Shown here: piece after piece, positions 1-8,923 of the stretch
How the letters are laid out: the number at the start of each line of letters is the position of its first letter
How positions within the stretch are numbered: the first letter of the stretch is position 1
Source: Collodictyon triciliatum
Lineage: Eukaryota
Length of the DNA stretch: 23,502 nt
Reading direction: 5' to 3'
Assembly (NCBI GenBank): GCA_043381765.1
Contig: JBHJMP010000834.1
Span: 62,001 to 85,502, forward strand
The notes under the pieces: generated by a model
The model's database searches: none
The model's input: only the letters and a program-made list of their open reading frames with translations
What the model was told of the DNA's origin: nothing
Position numbers and translations under genes: made by a program

Positions 1-488
1 AGACCGATAAAAGGTGTTAACCAAGGTCGGATTTTAGAATTGATTTGAACAAAATCTCCTAATTCCACCTTGTAACTTGGTTTATATATTTTTTGACCAT
101 TTACCAAAACATGGCCATGATTGATCAATTGTTTTGCAGTATATATTGAATTAGAGCTAAGCCCAGTTCTAAATAAAACCACATCTAATCTTAATTCTAG
201 GTTTCGCAGAAACCCGTTTGTCGATCTGGCTTTAACCAAATATCGACAAATGTTTCCCTGTCTAATATTACCATAAAAATGTCTTAATAGGGTTTGGATT
301 GGCATGTTCCTTTTGTGGAGAGCAGAAACCTTCGTCCCCCGTCCAGTCGAAGTCTGTTGCTCCGCTCTGTCACTATGACGGTCCGCAGCGGAGTTAAGTT
401 CATTATGAACGCGTGGGCCCCCTTGCCCATTGCCAGTTTTCCCCCTTAATCGTTTAAATTGCTTAATTTTTTTAGGTTTTTTTAACAT
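1..488 (-). CDS. rps4: Ribosomal protein S4, 5' part (runs off the window start)
   Basis: Hand translation from ATG at 488: MLKKPKKIKQFKRLRG...LLRHFYGNIRQ...LELRLDVVLFRTGL..SIYTAKQLINHGHVLVNGQKIYKPSYKVELGD. This is the S4 RNA-binding motif. Not in the ORF track because the stop is outside the window. Confidence 0.95.
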   Translation of the reverse strand, partial: MLKKPKKIKQFKRLRGKTGNGQGGPRVHNELNSAADRHSDRAEQQTSTGRGTKVSALHKRNMPIQTLLRHFYGNIRQGNICRYLVKARSTNGFLRNLELRLDVVLFRTGLSSNSIYTAKQLINHGHVLVNGQKIYKPSYKVELGDFVQINSKIRPWLTPFIG

Positions 489-605
489 AACGTCCTTAAC
501 CACTTTTCATCATATACTATGGGGTAGCAATTGACCCTGCTTACGGATAACAACGCTCAGACCCCATCAAATATCAAATAAAGACAGGGAGGGTAAAGGT
601 GGCTT

Positions 606-648
606 TTCCCTTCCCTTCCCTTCCCTTCCCTTCCCATCCCATCCCATC
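606..648. repeat. Pentanucleotide microsatellite (TTCCC)6(ATCCC)2
   Basis: Read directly in the divergent rps4/rpl35 spacer. Confidence 0.95.
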
Positions 649-706
649 GGGTCATCAAATAAAGCCCGGGCTTCTGGCCATCACCGCTTGCCAGTTAGTA
701 TAAAAA

Positions 707-1150
707 GTGGCTCTAAACATGAAAACTAAAAAAAGTGTAAAAAAACGTTTTTGGATAACAAGGAATAGAGGGAACAGTTGTTCCCGGTTTTTCTGTCACT
801 CTTTTGGTCGCAGCGACCTTTGTGAACTGGCTTCACCTATGCCGCTGAATCGCGGGCGAAGCCCAGTCGTAACGCCCGGAAAAAATGACGAGCGAAGCGA
901 CGTTGTTTCCCTCCGTTGCAGAGGAAACAAAGCAGAAGCAAAGCAGCTTATAGCATTTCAAAAGGCGGAGAAAAAGCACGATATCTTCCAGCGCAGCCGA
1001 TTGAGAGCATCTAAAAGATGCAGCAAGGAGCAAGCCCGTAACCAAAGCATATTAGCTAGAAGTGGTTCAGCTAAAAAAGGGTTTAATCCCGTCATCATTA
1101 AAAAATGTGATAAAAAACGATTATTAAAATGCTCCCCACGGTCATTATGA
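707..1150 (+). CDS. rpl35: Ribosomal protein L35-like, expanded by internal insertions (GTG 707 or ATG 719 start)
   Basis: N-terminus MKTKKSVKKRFWIT matches the bL35 signature (KT...AKRF..T). KAEKKHDIFQRS resembles the HA..RHILTKK block and PVIIKKCDKKRLLKCSP resembles the bL35 C-terminus. It lies directly upstream of rpl20, as in bacterial rpmI-rplT. Confidence 0.72.
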   Translation: MALNMKTKKSVKKRFWITRNRGNSCSRFFCHSFGRSDLCELASPMPLNRGRSPVVTPGKNDERSDVVSLRCRGNKAEAKQLIAFQKAEKKHDIFQRSRLRASKRCSKEQARNQSILARSGSAKKGFNPVIIKKCDKKRLLKCSPRSL

Positions 1151-1444
1151 AAGCTTGCTCTATCGGGACAAAGGGGTAGCCGACCGATGCCGCGGTTGGG
1201 GGCAAGACGTTTTGAGTCATCTGTTGGGCCGGAGAGTTTTCGAAGCCCGGTTCGCAGCGAACGTGCTTTATTTTTAGGGACCGTTCGCAGCGAACGGATA
1301 ACCATTCGGTCAAAGCCCTAACAATGGGGCCCAAGAGGTTCACTATGAACCGTGTAGAAAATAGGAAACGTTCAAAAGAGCAATAACCGGTGGGGCCGAT
1401 GACGACTGTTCCGGGCCCCGTAGAACGAAGTGAGTTGTTAAATA

Positions 1445-1705
1445 ATGAAAAACAAAGGTGCGTACGGGTTTCATGCGCACAATGGGGCTAAAGCCCGTGC
1501 GCATAAAAACAAGAAATTATATATTAGCAAACTTGGCAGTTGTTGCCGATTATATGGGTTATCTTTCGCTTCACTCATATCAAAATTAAAAGAAGAAAAT
1601 ATAAAATTAAATCGAGAAATCTTGCCATTATTAGCCATTTATGAACCAATGTCGCTTAAGGCAGTCATTAATAGGTCGCAGCATCAGTCACCCTCAAAAG
1701 AATGA
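1445..1705 (+). CDS. rpl20: Ribosomal protein L20, N-terminally shortened
   Basis: KLYISKLGSCCRLYGLSFASLISKLKEENIKLNREILPLLAIYEP matches the bL20 C-terminal domain (LWI.RINAA.R..G.SYS.FI..LK...I.L.RKIL..LA). Confidence 0.85.
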   Translation: MKNKGAYGFHAHNGAKARAHKNKKLYISKLGSCCRLYGLSFASLISKLKEENIKLNREILPLLAIYEPMSLKAVINRSQHQSPSKE

Positions 1706-1833
1706 ACAAGCCAGTCGCTAGCTTCGACAGCTTGGTCAAAGTGACCGCGTTTATCTTTGCTCTCCCTTCCCTTTCGCTTCTCTCGACCAAACAAGGTGGC
1801 CTATCAAGTCAAACAAAACAAAGAACAAAAGTT

Positions 1834-2133
1834 ATGCTCAAAAAAAATTATCGCGACCAAAAACGAAGGTCACTCTTTGGAAAGCATGAATCTCTTAGAA
1901 TAGTTTTAAAAAGTATTATTTATAATCAAGAATTGCCAGAAGAAATTAGATTTAAAGCTCAATTAGAATTAGCATCATTACCTAAAGATTCTTCTAAAGT
2001 TAGAATTAGAAATCGTTGTGTTTTAACTGGAAGAGCTCGGGGTAATTATAGATTGTTCAAGATGAGCAGAATAAAATTTAGAGAATTAGCTTCAATGGGT
2101 ATGATACCTGGTATTACAAAAGCAAGTTGGTAG
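1834..2133 (+). CDS. rps14: Ribosomal protein S14 (homologous start ATG 1834; frame is open back to ATG 1702)
   Basis: RDQKRR...LPKDSSKVRIRNRCVLTGRARGNYRLFKMSRIKFRELASMGMIPGITKASW. Confidence 0.97.
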   Translation: MLKKNYRDQKRRSLFGKHESLRIVLKSIIYNQELPEEIRFKAQLELASLPKDSSKVRIRNRCVLTGRARGNYRLFKMSRIKFRELASMGMIPGITKASW

Positions 2134-2231
2134 GAGCTGACACGCTTTATTGACTTCAAGGTCCGCTGCTCTGGACCGCTGCCTCGGTATTGATGGGAGG
2201 CAGTCATTTCCTGTACTACATAAAAAAAAGA

Positions 2232-2636
2232 ATGATTATTGACCATATTGGTGATCTTTTAACTAGAATTAGAAACGGTCTGCTGGCCGGATTAGAATCA
2301 ATTGTTGTAACTAAAACTAAAATAAACGGGCGAATTGCCCAAATTCTCTTAGAAGAAGGATATATAAGAGGTTATACTGAAAAAGAGGGGGCTATGACCC
2401 TTTATCTAAAACGCTGCAACGACCAACCGATGGGCTTTGCCACGGTTTCATTTAGAAGTGGGCAGGGGCGTAGATCTAGTGTATATTTAAAATGTAGTAA
2501 TATCCCCTCACTATCTTATGGAACATTAATTTTAACAACAAATCGTGGTATACTATCCCACAGATTATGTAAAGATTTAAATATAGGAGGGGAAGTTCTT
2601 TGTTATATTGGTATGGGGAAAGGAGCCGGAAGTTAA
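2232..2636 (+). CDS. rps8: Ribosomal protein S8
   Basis: DHIGDLLTRIRNG...ILLEEGYIRGY...ILTTNRGILSH...IGGEVLCYI; follows rps14 as in the spc operon. Confidence 0.96.
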   Translation: MIIDHIGDLLTRIRNGLLAGLESIVVTKTKINGRIAQILLEEGYIRGYTEKEGAMTLYLKRCNDQPMGFATVSFRSGQGRRSSVYLKCSNIPSLSYGTLILTTNRGILSHRLCKDLNIGGEVLCYIGMGKGAGS

Positions 2637-3222
2637 ATGCGCTTGATGTGGCCTGAGCTCTGCCGGTTCGCGCCGGTCGTTCAAGCTGTCTAAGCTAACG
2701 ACCGTCTCTCCAGGTCGTTCGTTGCACGCGGGAGCCGCTTCGCTCAGTGGGGAACAGTCGTTCCCCCGCTCCTCCTCCCCGCATCACCCCGTAGCTGCAC
2801 TTAATCGAGGCAACCACGGTCCCTGAAAGCTGATTCGCTCCAATGAAGGGGATCGTTCTGCTCCTACGGTCCTACGGGCCGCCCCCTCTGACGTAGGACC
2901 GTAGCAGATGGGTCAAAGACGGGCCAACGACCCTCCTCCCCCGACTACCCTTTTCGCTGCAACGACTTTCTTGCCACAAAGACGCGATGGCCTATTTTTC
3001 ATAGTGCCAGTACAAAGGTATGAAGAGGAGAATAAGCTCTACGGGGTGGCTGGGAAGCGCAATTCCCACCCTGAATGCGTGTTCGGGGCTGCTGACTTTG
3101 CTCGGGTGGCTAAAGAGAGTGACCCCAAACGACAGCATCGATTAGAGAGAGACTGAACCTTCCCCTTCCCCCTTCCAGCTTCACCCCTTCCCCCTCGGTT
3201 TATCCTGCTTTAAGAAATAAGG

Positions 3223-3301
3223 CCTTCGGACCCTTCGGACCCTTCGGACCCTTCGGACCCTTCGGACCCTTCGGACCCTTCGGACCCTTCGGACCCTTCG
3301 G
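3223..3301. repeat. Tandem array of a 9-bp unit CCTTCGGAC, 8 full copies plus a partial copy
   Basis: Read directly; ends 16 nt upstream of the nad4L ATG. Confidence 0.97.
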
Positions 3302-3317
3302 CCGCAAAATAAGATTT

Positions 3318-3626
3318 ATGCTTGATTTAATTCAATTATTAACAGGCAGCTGCTGCCTAATCTATCTTTTAGGTATTTGGGGTATTTGGATTAGACGATC
3401 CAATATTATTATTATTTTAATGTCTATAGAATTGATGTTATTAGCTGTAAACCTTAGTTTTACAGTTTTCTCTTACTTTTTAGATGATTTTTATGGTCAA
3501 GTTATTTCATTATTTGCTCTGTCAGTTGCTGCTGCTGAATCTGCAATCGGATTAGCAATTTTAGTAGTATATTATCGGTTAACTGGGTCAATATTGATTG
3601 ATTTCGCTAGCTTATTAAAAGGTTAA
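3318..3626 (+). CDS. nad4L: NADH dehydrogenase subunit 4L
   Basis: NIIIILMSIELMLLAVNLSF...DDFYGQV..LF..SVAAAESAIGLAILVVYYR. Confidence 0.98.
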   Translation: MLDLIQLLTGSCCLIYLLGIWGIWIRRSNIIIILMSIELMLLAVNLSFTVFSYFLDDFYGQVISLFALSVAAAESAIGLAILVVYYRLTGSILIDFASLLKG

Positions 3627-3638
3627 AAGAACGCGGTC

Positions 3639-3739
3639 GCTACGACCTTGCTCTGGGGGTATTGGGGCTTTAGCCCCGAACGTGCCCTACGGCCCCTTTC
3701 AGCCCCTTTTTTGTGTGGGCGATGCGGCAAGGTCGTAGC
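3639..3739. terminator. 13-bp inverted repeat 3' of nad4L, possible processing or termination stem
   Basis: GCTACGACCTTGC (3639-3651) pairs with GCAAGGTCGTAGC (3727-3739); function inferred from position only. Confidence 0.35.
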
Positions 3740-3961
3740 CGGGCGTAACATTTTTTATACGTTATATTTTGCTAAATAATTACGCTTCGCTCAGGGGAGG
3801 AAGGGTCGAGCAAGCCGGGAGCAAGGATACAGATTCTTTTGTCGTTAGCTCCGACAGCTTGGTCCTTGCTCCCCTTCCCTTCACCCCGGCGTCATGAGGT
3901 CGTTGCACCCCGCAAGGTTAACTGTCTTATGAAGGGGGATTCAGCGGCATCGGCCCCTGGT

Positions 3962-4294
3962 CTAGCGAACCGAAAGTTTGTTGACCATAGTAGAAAATCG
4001 AAGTAATGATGTGGCCCGGCTTGGTCCGTTCATTCGGTCGGGAGAGGGTTCATTCGCTACGCTTGTCAGCAGCTGCCCATCCTGCCGAAGGGTCCGAAGG
4101 GCAAGGTCATAATGTGGTTCATTGTGAACCTGATGATAGTTATTTTTATTATTTTTTGAGTCATATTCTAATTTTAAGATAGGGCTTGGAGTGGATTTAC
4201 CTCCCCCGTTAATTGTTGTTCGCATTTCACATGTTGTTCCATTTGATAAGAAAACTAATAATTTGCTTAATTGAGGATGTTTATTTTTTTTCAT
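3962..4294 (-). CDS. rpl31: Ribosomal protein L31 with repeat-derived C-terminal extension
   Basis: MKKNKHPQLSKLLVFLSNGTT...ILKLEYDSKN matches the alphaproteobacterial/mitochondrial bL31 pattern MKK.IHP......V..SDG...L.LD.D.. Confidence 0.85.
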   Translation of the reverse strand: MKKNKHPQLSKLLVFLSNGTTCEMRTTINGGGKSTPSPILKLEYDSKNNKNNYHQVHNEPHYDLALRTLRQDGQLLTSVANEPSPDRMNGPSRATSLLRFSTMVNKLSVR

Positions 4295-4812
4295 TTTTAG
4301 TTGCGTGTCAATCGCTGTCTAACGACAGCTTGCACCTTGACGGTGGGGGAAACATCGCCGTCCGCCCGAGCGAAGGGGGGGCCCGTTACGACACGGCGAG
4401 TATGCTGTCATTAGCCGGTTAACCTTGGCCTATGACCTTGGCTATGACCTCCCTGGACAGAGGAACCTCCTCGAGTGCGGGGAGGAAGGCGGTCACACGC
4501 TGCTTGATTATGCTGAAGTGTAACGAAGCGAGGGAGCAAACAAGGTCGCAGCAAAAAGAAACCAAGCTGTCGTATCGTTAGGCGCTACGTGCCACTTCGC
4601 AAGTAGTCTAACGATACTCCCGGCATTAAAGTACAAGGACATTGCGGCTTGGCCAAATAACGCTTATCGATATATGGTTTGGCATTAGAGAACAACGCTC
4701 CGCCCCTTCGGCAAGGTAGGCACGAGAAGCGAAGCGATTCGGCTACGCCTACCTTTGTTTTTTTTGACCCGCTTCGCTCGGGGGAGAGAGAGAAACGAAT
4801 CCCCCGCTACGC

Positions 4813-4885
4813 TGGAGATGGTTGGGCATGATCCAACAACCTCGTATATGCAAAACACGAATTCTACCAATTGAACTACACCCCC
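4813..4885 (-). tRNA. trnA: tRNA-Ala(UGC)
   Basis: Cloverleaf GGGGGTG...CATCTCC-A with G3:U70; anticodon arm CGTGT-TTTGCAT-ATACG; T-loop ATCATGC. Confidence 0.95.
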
Positions 4886-5287
4886 ATTCGGTCAAAGCCC
4901 TAACAAGAGGGGAAGGAGAGTAAATTATTCCCCCCGCTCAAGGACACGGTCGCTAGCTCAGACTGGCCTTCGGCCGGTTAAGCGAAGCGTGGGTGCCTTT
5001 TATATACTCTTTAAAGGGAAAAGGCGGTCGTAACAACCTCCATTATGCACTACTACGACTCACACACATTCAGTGGGAACGTGTGACACGGTCCCGGACT
5101 GGAGAGGGAGGGGGAAGTCGCGGGTGGCCAGTTTTCGTTACGGATCGAAGCGGGGGCAATAAAACCAACAGTCGTACCCCTGTAGAGCGAAGCGACTCAC
5201 CCTTCGCTCCCGTAACGACTGTCCTTTCTGTCCTTATGACGGTTTCTCTGTCCAAGGGGAAGCGCAATGACTCAGGGTATATAAATA

Positions 5288-5358
5288 AGAAGAGTAGTTT
5301 AAGGGTAGAATATCGGCCTCCAAATTCGATGATATAGGTTCAAATCCTGTCTCTTCTG
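5288..5358 (+). tRNA. trnW: tRNA-Trp(CCA)
   Basis: Acceptor AGAAGAG/CTCTTCT, anticodon loop CTCCAAA, T-arm ATAGG-TTCAAAT-CCTGT. Confidence 0.93.
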
Positions 5359-5365
5359 TAATAAG

Positions 5366-5450
5366 GCTTCGGGCCGCTTCGGGCCGCTTCGGGCCGCTTC
5401 GGGCCACTTCGGGCCGCTTCGGGCCGCTTCGGGCCGCTTCGGGCCGCTCC
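5366..5450. repeat. Tandem array of a 10-bp unit GGGCCGCTTC, 8 copies (two with one substitution) plus a partial copy
   Basis: Read directly, immediately 3' of trnW. Confidence 0.97.
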
Positions 5451-5776
5451 GGCCCCCTTGTAAAGGAGGGGCGGCCTTGGGGTCGAGCAAAGATAATGCA
5501 GGCCGTGCTGCCCCTTTCACCCTTGCTCCGCATCGCCGGAGGACCGGGGCAACCCAAGCGTTAAGCTATCAAACTTTCGTAGCGACCGACACCACAGTGG
5601 CCGGCTTACGACACGGTCGTGCCTACCTTGCTGTTCACCCCGTAGAGCGACATTCTTAATCCAGGGTCCAAGGGGGGCCCTCCGACATGACGAATGTCGC
5701 TTCGCTCTACGGGGGCCCCCCCTTTTCTTCGCTGGACACGTAACGACACGCAACTAAAAAAAACAGAGCCGGACAA

Positions 5777-6319
5777 ATGAAAAAAACGTCTTTTACCCTT
5801 CGTTTAAAAATCTTAGCTACAAAAGCAACACCAAAACCTCCAATCGGACCAATATTAGGCCAATATTCAATTAATTTAATGGAATTTTGTAAAGAGTTTA
5901 ATGAGCGTAGCAGTCAAATATATAAACCAAATAGAGGTAGTCGCGGAATCATAGTCCCAACAATCGTTAAAATAAGAGAAGATAAAAGCTATTCAATCGA
6001 ATTAAAACCAATAAGTGTTAGTGGAATGCTAGAATTACTTGGACAAGGAAAATTATCAGCATCAGGAGGTCATAATGACCGCGCCCCTCGCCGCAAAAAA
6101 ATAATAGATGCACGAATCATTTATGAGATTGCTATTATACGCATCGCTCGATTCGCTGTGGAAGCAAAGGGCCAAACCTTGTCCCCCCTTCCTAACGACC
6201 GCAGCATAGGAAACTTTGTTTCCAGCCAAAGGCCTTCCCACATCTTTAATGAATGCTTAATGATTAAGGGAACTATTAAATCAATGGGGTATAAAATTAT
6301 TGGACCTAAAGACCTATGA
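5777..6319 (+). CDS. rpl11: Ribosomal protein L11 with insertions
   Basis: LKILATKATPKPPIGPILGQYSINLMEFCKEFNERS...IVPTIVKIREDKSY...IYEIA...MIKGTIKSMGYKI. Confidence 0.96.
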   Translation: MKKTSFTLRLKILATKATPKPPIGPILGQYSINLMEFCKEFNERSSQIYKPNRGSRGIIVPTIVKIREDKSYSIELKPISVSGMLELLGQGKLSASGGHNDRAPRRKKIIDARIIYEIAIIRIARFAVEAKGQTLSPLPNDRSIGNFVSSQRPSHIFNECLMIKGTIKSMGYKIIGPKDL

Positions 6320-8538
6320 TTAATATTATTATTGATGGTAAAGAATTGCGGGCGAAGCCTGGTTTAACTATACTTCAGGCTTGTGCTAGTATAGGCATAA
6401 CAATTCCTAGATTTTGTTATCATGAAAGATTATCAATAGCAGGAAATTGTAGAATGTGCTTAGTTGAAATTGCTAAATCTCCAAAACCAGTAGCATCTTG
6501 TGCATTACAAATAGATAATGGAATGATTATTAAAACAAATTCGGATCTAGTTAAAAAAGCTAGAGAAGGAGTAATGGAATTACTTTTAGCAAATCACCCA
6601 TTAGATTGTCCAATATGTGATCAAGGAGGAGAATGCGATTTACAAGATCAAACAATGGTTTATGGAAGCGATAGAGGTAGATTTAAAGAAGATAAAAGAG
6701 TAGTAGAAGATAAAAATCTTGGACCATTTATTAAAACAATAATGACTAGATGTATCCATTGTACTCGATGTATTCGTTTTGCCAGCGAAATCGCTGGAGT
6801 TCCTTTATTAGGTTTAACTGGTCGAGGAGGTTCAATGGAAGTTGGTACTTATGTTGAAAAAACATTAGATTCCGAATTATCAGGTAATGTTATTGATCTT
6901 TGTCCTGTTGGTGCTTTAACTTCTAAACCTTTTGCTTTTACTGCCAGAAATTGGGAATTAAGATCGGTTAATTCTATCGATGTTACTGATCCAATGGGAT
7001 CAAATATTAGAATAGATCATAGAGGAGGAAAGGTTTTTAGAATAATCCCTAGATTAAATGAAGAAATTAATGAAGAATGGATTACCGATAAAATTCGATT
7101 TCTTTATGACTCCTTTTATAAACAACGATTAAATAAACCGCTCATTAGAAGTAGCCGAAGAGGTGAAACGAGCGAAGCGACTCACCAAAATGGTCGATTA
7201 ATACCTACAAATTGGCAAAATGCCTTTGAGGTTATAACAACTAAGCTTAAAGGCATCTCCGGAGCAAGCAAAGCGCAATTAATCGAATTTAAAATAGGAC
7301 CTTTAATTGAAGTAGAACAATTATTAGTTTTTAAAGATCTTTTAACTAAATTAGGAGTATCTATTAAAGGATGTATTGGAAACTCCCTTGATTTTAGATC
7401 CGATTTTACTCTTGGTTGTGGATTAAAAAACGCTTCACTTGAACTATCTACAGTTTTATTAATAGGAGCAGCTGATATTCCTTTATTAAATGTTAGATTA
7501 AAAAAGGGCGGAGTTCACAATGAACCACTTGCTCCTACAGCCCCTTCTTTATTCTTAATAGGGAATTATCGTGACCTGACTCAACCTTTTAAACATTTAG
7601 GGAATGGACCTAAATCAATTTTTAAAATCTTACAAGGAAAAGATCCCTTCTGTAGATTATTAATTAAAGAAAACAACGTAGCCATTTTATTTGGTTTTAA
7701 TGGACCATTTGTTCAACGAGCAATTGATTCACTTAAACATTTAACATATTGGATAGGTAAAGATCGTTGCCCTGGTCCAAGAAGAACATTTATTGTCGCT
7801 CCAATTCATCAGACAATGTCAAAAATAAATGGAAGCGAAATAGGATTAGAAGACGGTCGTGCCGACCCCTCATCAAAAACGGAAACACGGAAAAACGGTT
7901 CTCCACTTGGTCCTTATTCACCCCAGATTGTCTTTAATCTAGGAAATGAAATAAAAAAAAATGGAGGGAGGGAAGGCGAGGTCGCACCTTTTAATATTTA
8001 TCTAGGACATCATGGTAGTGGTCAAATAAATTTAGCAGATGTAATCTTACCTGGAGCCACTTTCATTGAAAAAAATAGTACTTATTTAAATATTGAAGGA
8101 AGAACTCAAGAAACTAGATTAGTCAACCTACCACCAGATTTAGCAAGAGAAGATTGGAAAATTTTAAAAGCTTTATCCGGCCTTATCGACCTACAGGGTA
8201 ATGAACATGCTCCCCGGCTCTATAAAAAAGGAGAAGGACCTCTGTTCGGTAATGAACCCAGCGTAACGACTGCGTCATCCGGTCCATTGTCCTTACCATT
8301 CTCCTCAAAATCAATGTTATCATCTAGAGGTTTCGCTGTTTCACCTCACTTATTAGATTTAGGACGATTACCACAACAAGATCCAGTGCTTTTACAAAAA
8401 CCTTTTAGACCTTTAAAAATTCAATTAAGACCATTTAAAAGAGTGCCTTATTTAACGGACCCTTTAACTCAAAATAGTAAAAATCTTTGTATTGCGGCTA
8501 CTACTTTTAAATTAGGTGTGTTTCCGCTCGTATCATAA
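6316..8538 (+). CDS. nad11: NADH dehydrogenase subunit 11 (75 kDa / NuoG homologue)
   Basis: IPRFCYHERLSIAGNCRMC, HPLDCPICDQGGECDLQD, RCIHCTRCIRF and DLCPVGALT Fe-S motifs; C-terminal ADVILPG...EK..TYLNIEGRTQ; ATGA overlap with rpl11. Confidence 0.99.
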   Translation: MINIIIDGKELRAKPGLTILQACASIGITIPRFCYHERLSIAGNCRMCLVEIAKSPKPVASCALQIDNGMIIKTNSDLVKKAREGVMELLLANHPLDCPICDQGGECDLQDQTMVYGSDRGRFKEDKRVVEDKNLGPFIKTIMTRCIHCTRCIRFASEIAGVPLLGLTGRGGSMEVGTYVEKTLDSELSGNVIDLCPVGALTSKPFAFTARNWELRSVNSIDVTDPMGSNIRIDHRGGKVFRIIPRLNEEINEEWITDKIRFLYDSFYKQRLNKPLIRSSRRGETSEATHQNGRLIPTNWQNAFEVITTKLKGISGASKAQLIEFKIGPLIEVEQLLVFKDLLTKLGVSIKGCIGNSLDFRSDFTLGCGLKNASLELSTVLLIGAADIPLLNVRLKKGGVHNEPLAPTAPSLFLIGNYRDLTQPFKHLGNGPKSIFKILQGKDPFCRLLIKENNVAILFGFNGPFVQRAIDSLKHLTYWIGKDRCPGPRRTFIVAPIHQTMSKINGSEIGLEDGRADPSSKTETRKNGSPLGPYSPQIVFNLGNEIKKNGGREGEVAPFNIYLGHHGSGQINLADVILPGATFIEKNSTYLNIEGRTQETRLVNLPPDLAREDWKILKALSGLIDLQGNEHAPRLYKKGEGPLFGNEPSVTTASSGPLSLPFSSKSMLSSRGFAVSPHLLDLGRLPQQDPVLLQKPFRPLKIQLRPFKRVPYLTDPLTQNSKNLCIAATTFKLGVFPLVS

Positions 8539-8549
8539 ATGGAGCGAAG

Positions 8550-8573
8550 CGGCTCCGCTTTAAGGCGGAGCCG
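8550..8573. terminator. GC-rich hairpin 3' of nad11
   Basis: CGGCTCCGC-TTTAAG-GCGGAGCCG begins 12 nt after the nad11 stop, at the junction converging with the minus-strand tRNA cluster. Confidence 0.45.
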
Positions 8574-8753
8574 GATCAAGTGGGGTCCGTAGGGGTCAAA
8601 GCTTGTGGTCGCGGTGACAGGCGTAGCCGGTGCTATATATTCATACGCTTCGCTGGACAACGCTCAGCCCCAGAAAGACGAGCGAATAGATTTGCGCTTC
8701 GCTTGAGGTCGTAACGGCGGGGTTCATGAGGCCACTTTTCGAAGGCTTATTTT

Positions 8754-8841
8754 TACTTGCTATCGGACTTGAACCGATAATCGACGTTAGAGGCCGAAGC
8801 AGATTTTAAGTCTGCCGTGTCTACCATTCCACCAAGCAAGT
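8754..8841 (-). tRNA. trnL: tRNA-Leu(UAA)
   Basis: ACTTGCT...AGCAAGT-A; anticodon arm GCAGA-CTTAAAA-TCTGC; long variable arm. Confidence 0.95.
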
Positions 8842-8845
8842 TTGT

Positions 8846-8918
8846 TGCTTAGAGACGGACTTGAACCATCAACCGTAGGACCTTCAAACCTAAGCTCTAC
8901 CAATTGAGCTATCTAAGC
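8846..8918 (-). tRNA. trnF: tRNA-Phe(GAA)
   Basis: GCTTAGA...TCTAAGC-A; anticodon loop TTGAAGG; GGTTCAAGTCC T-arm. Confidence 0.94.
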
Positions 8919-8923
8919 AAATT

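Noticed and set aside
3223-5450. Tandem arrays as CRISPR repeats or repetitive protein ORFs (PKRPEAARSG...)
   Set aside because: Units are 9-10 bp with no unique spacers and no cas genes; the ORFs exist only because the GC-rich repeat lacks stops, and they overlap trnW.
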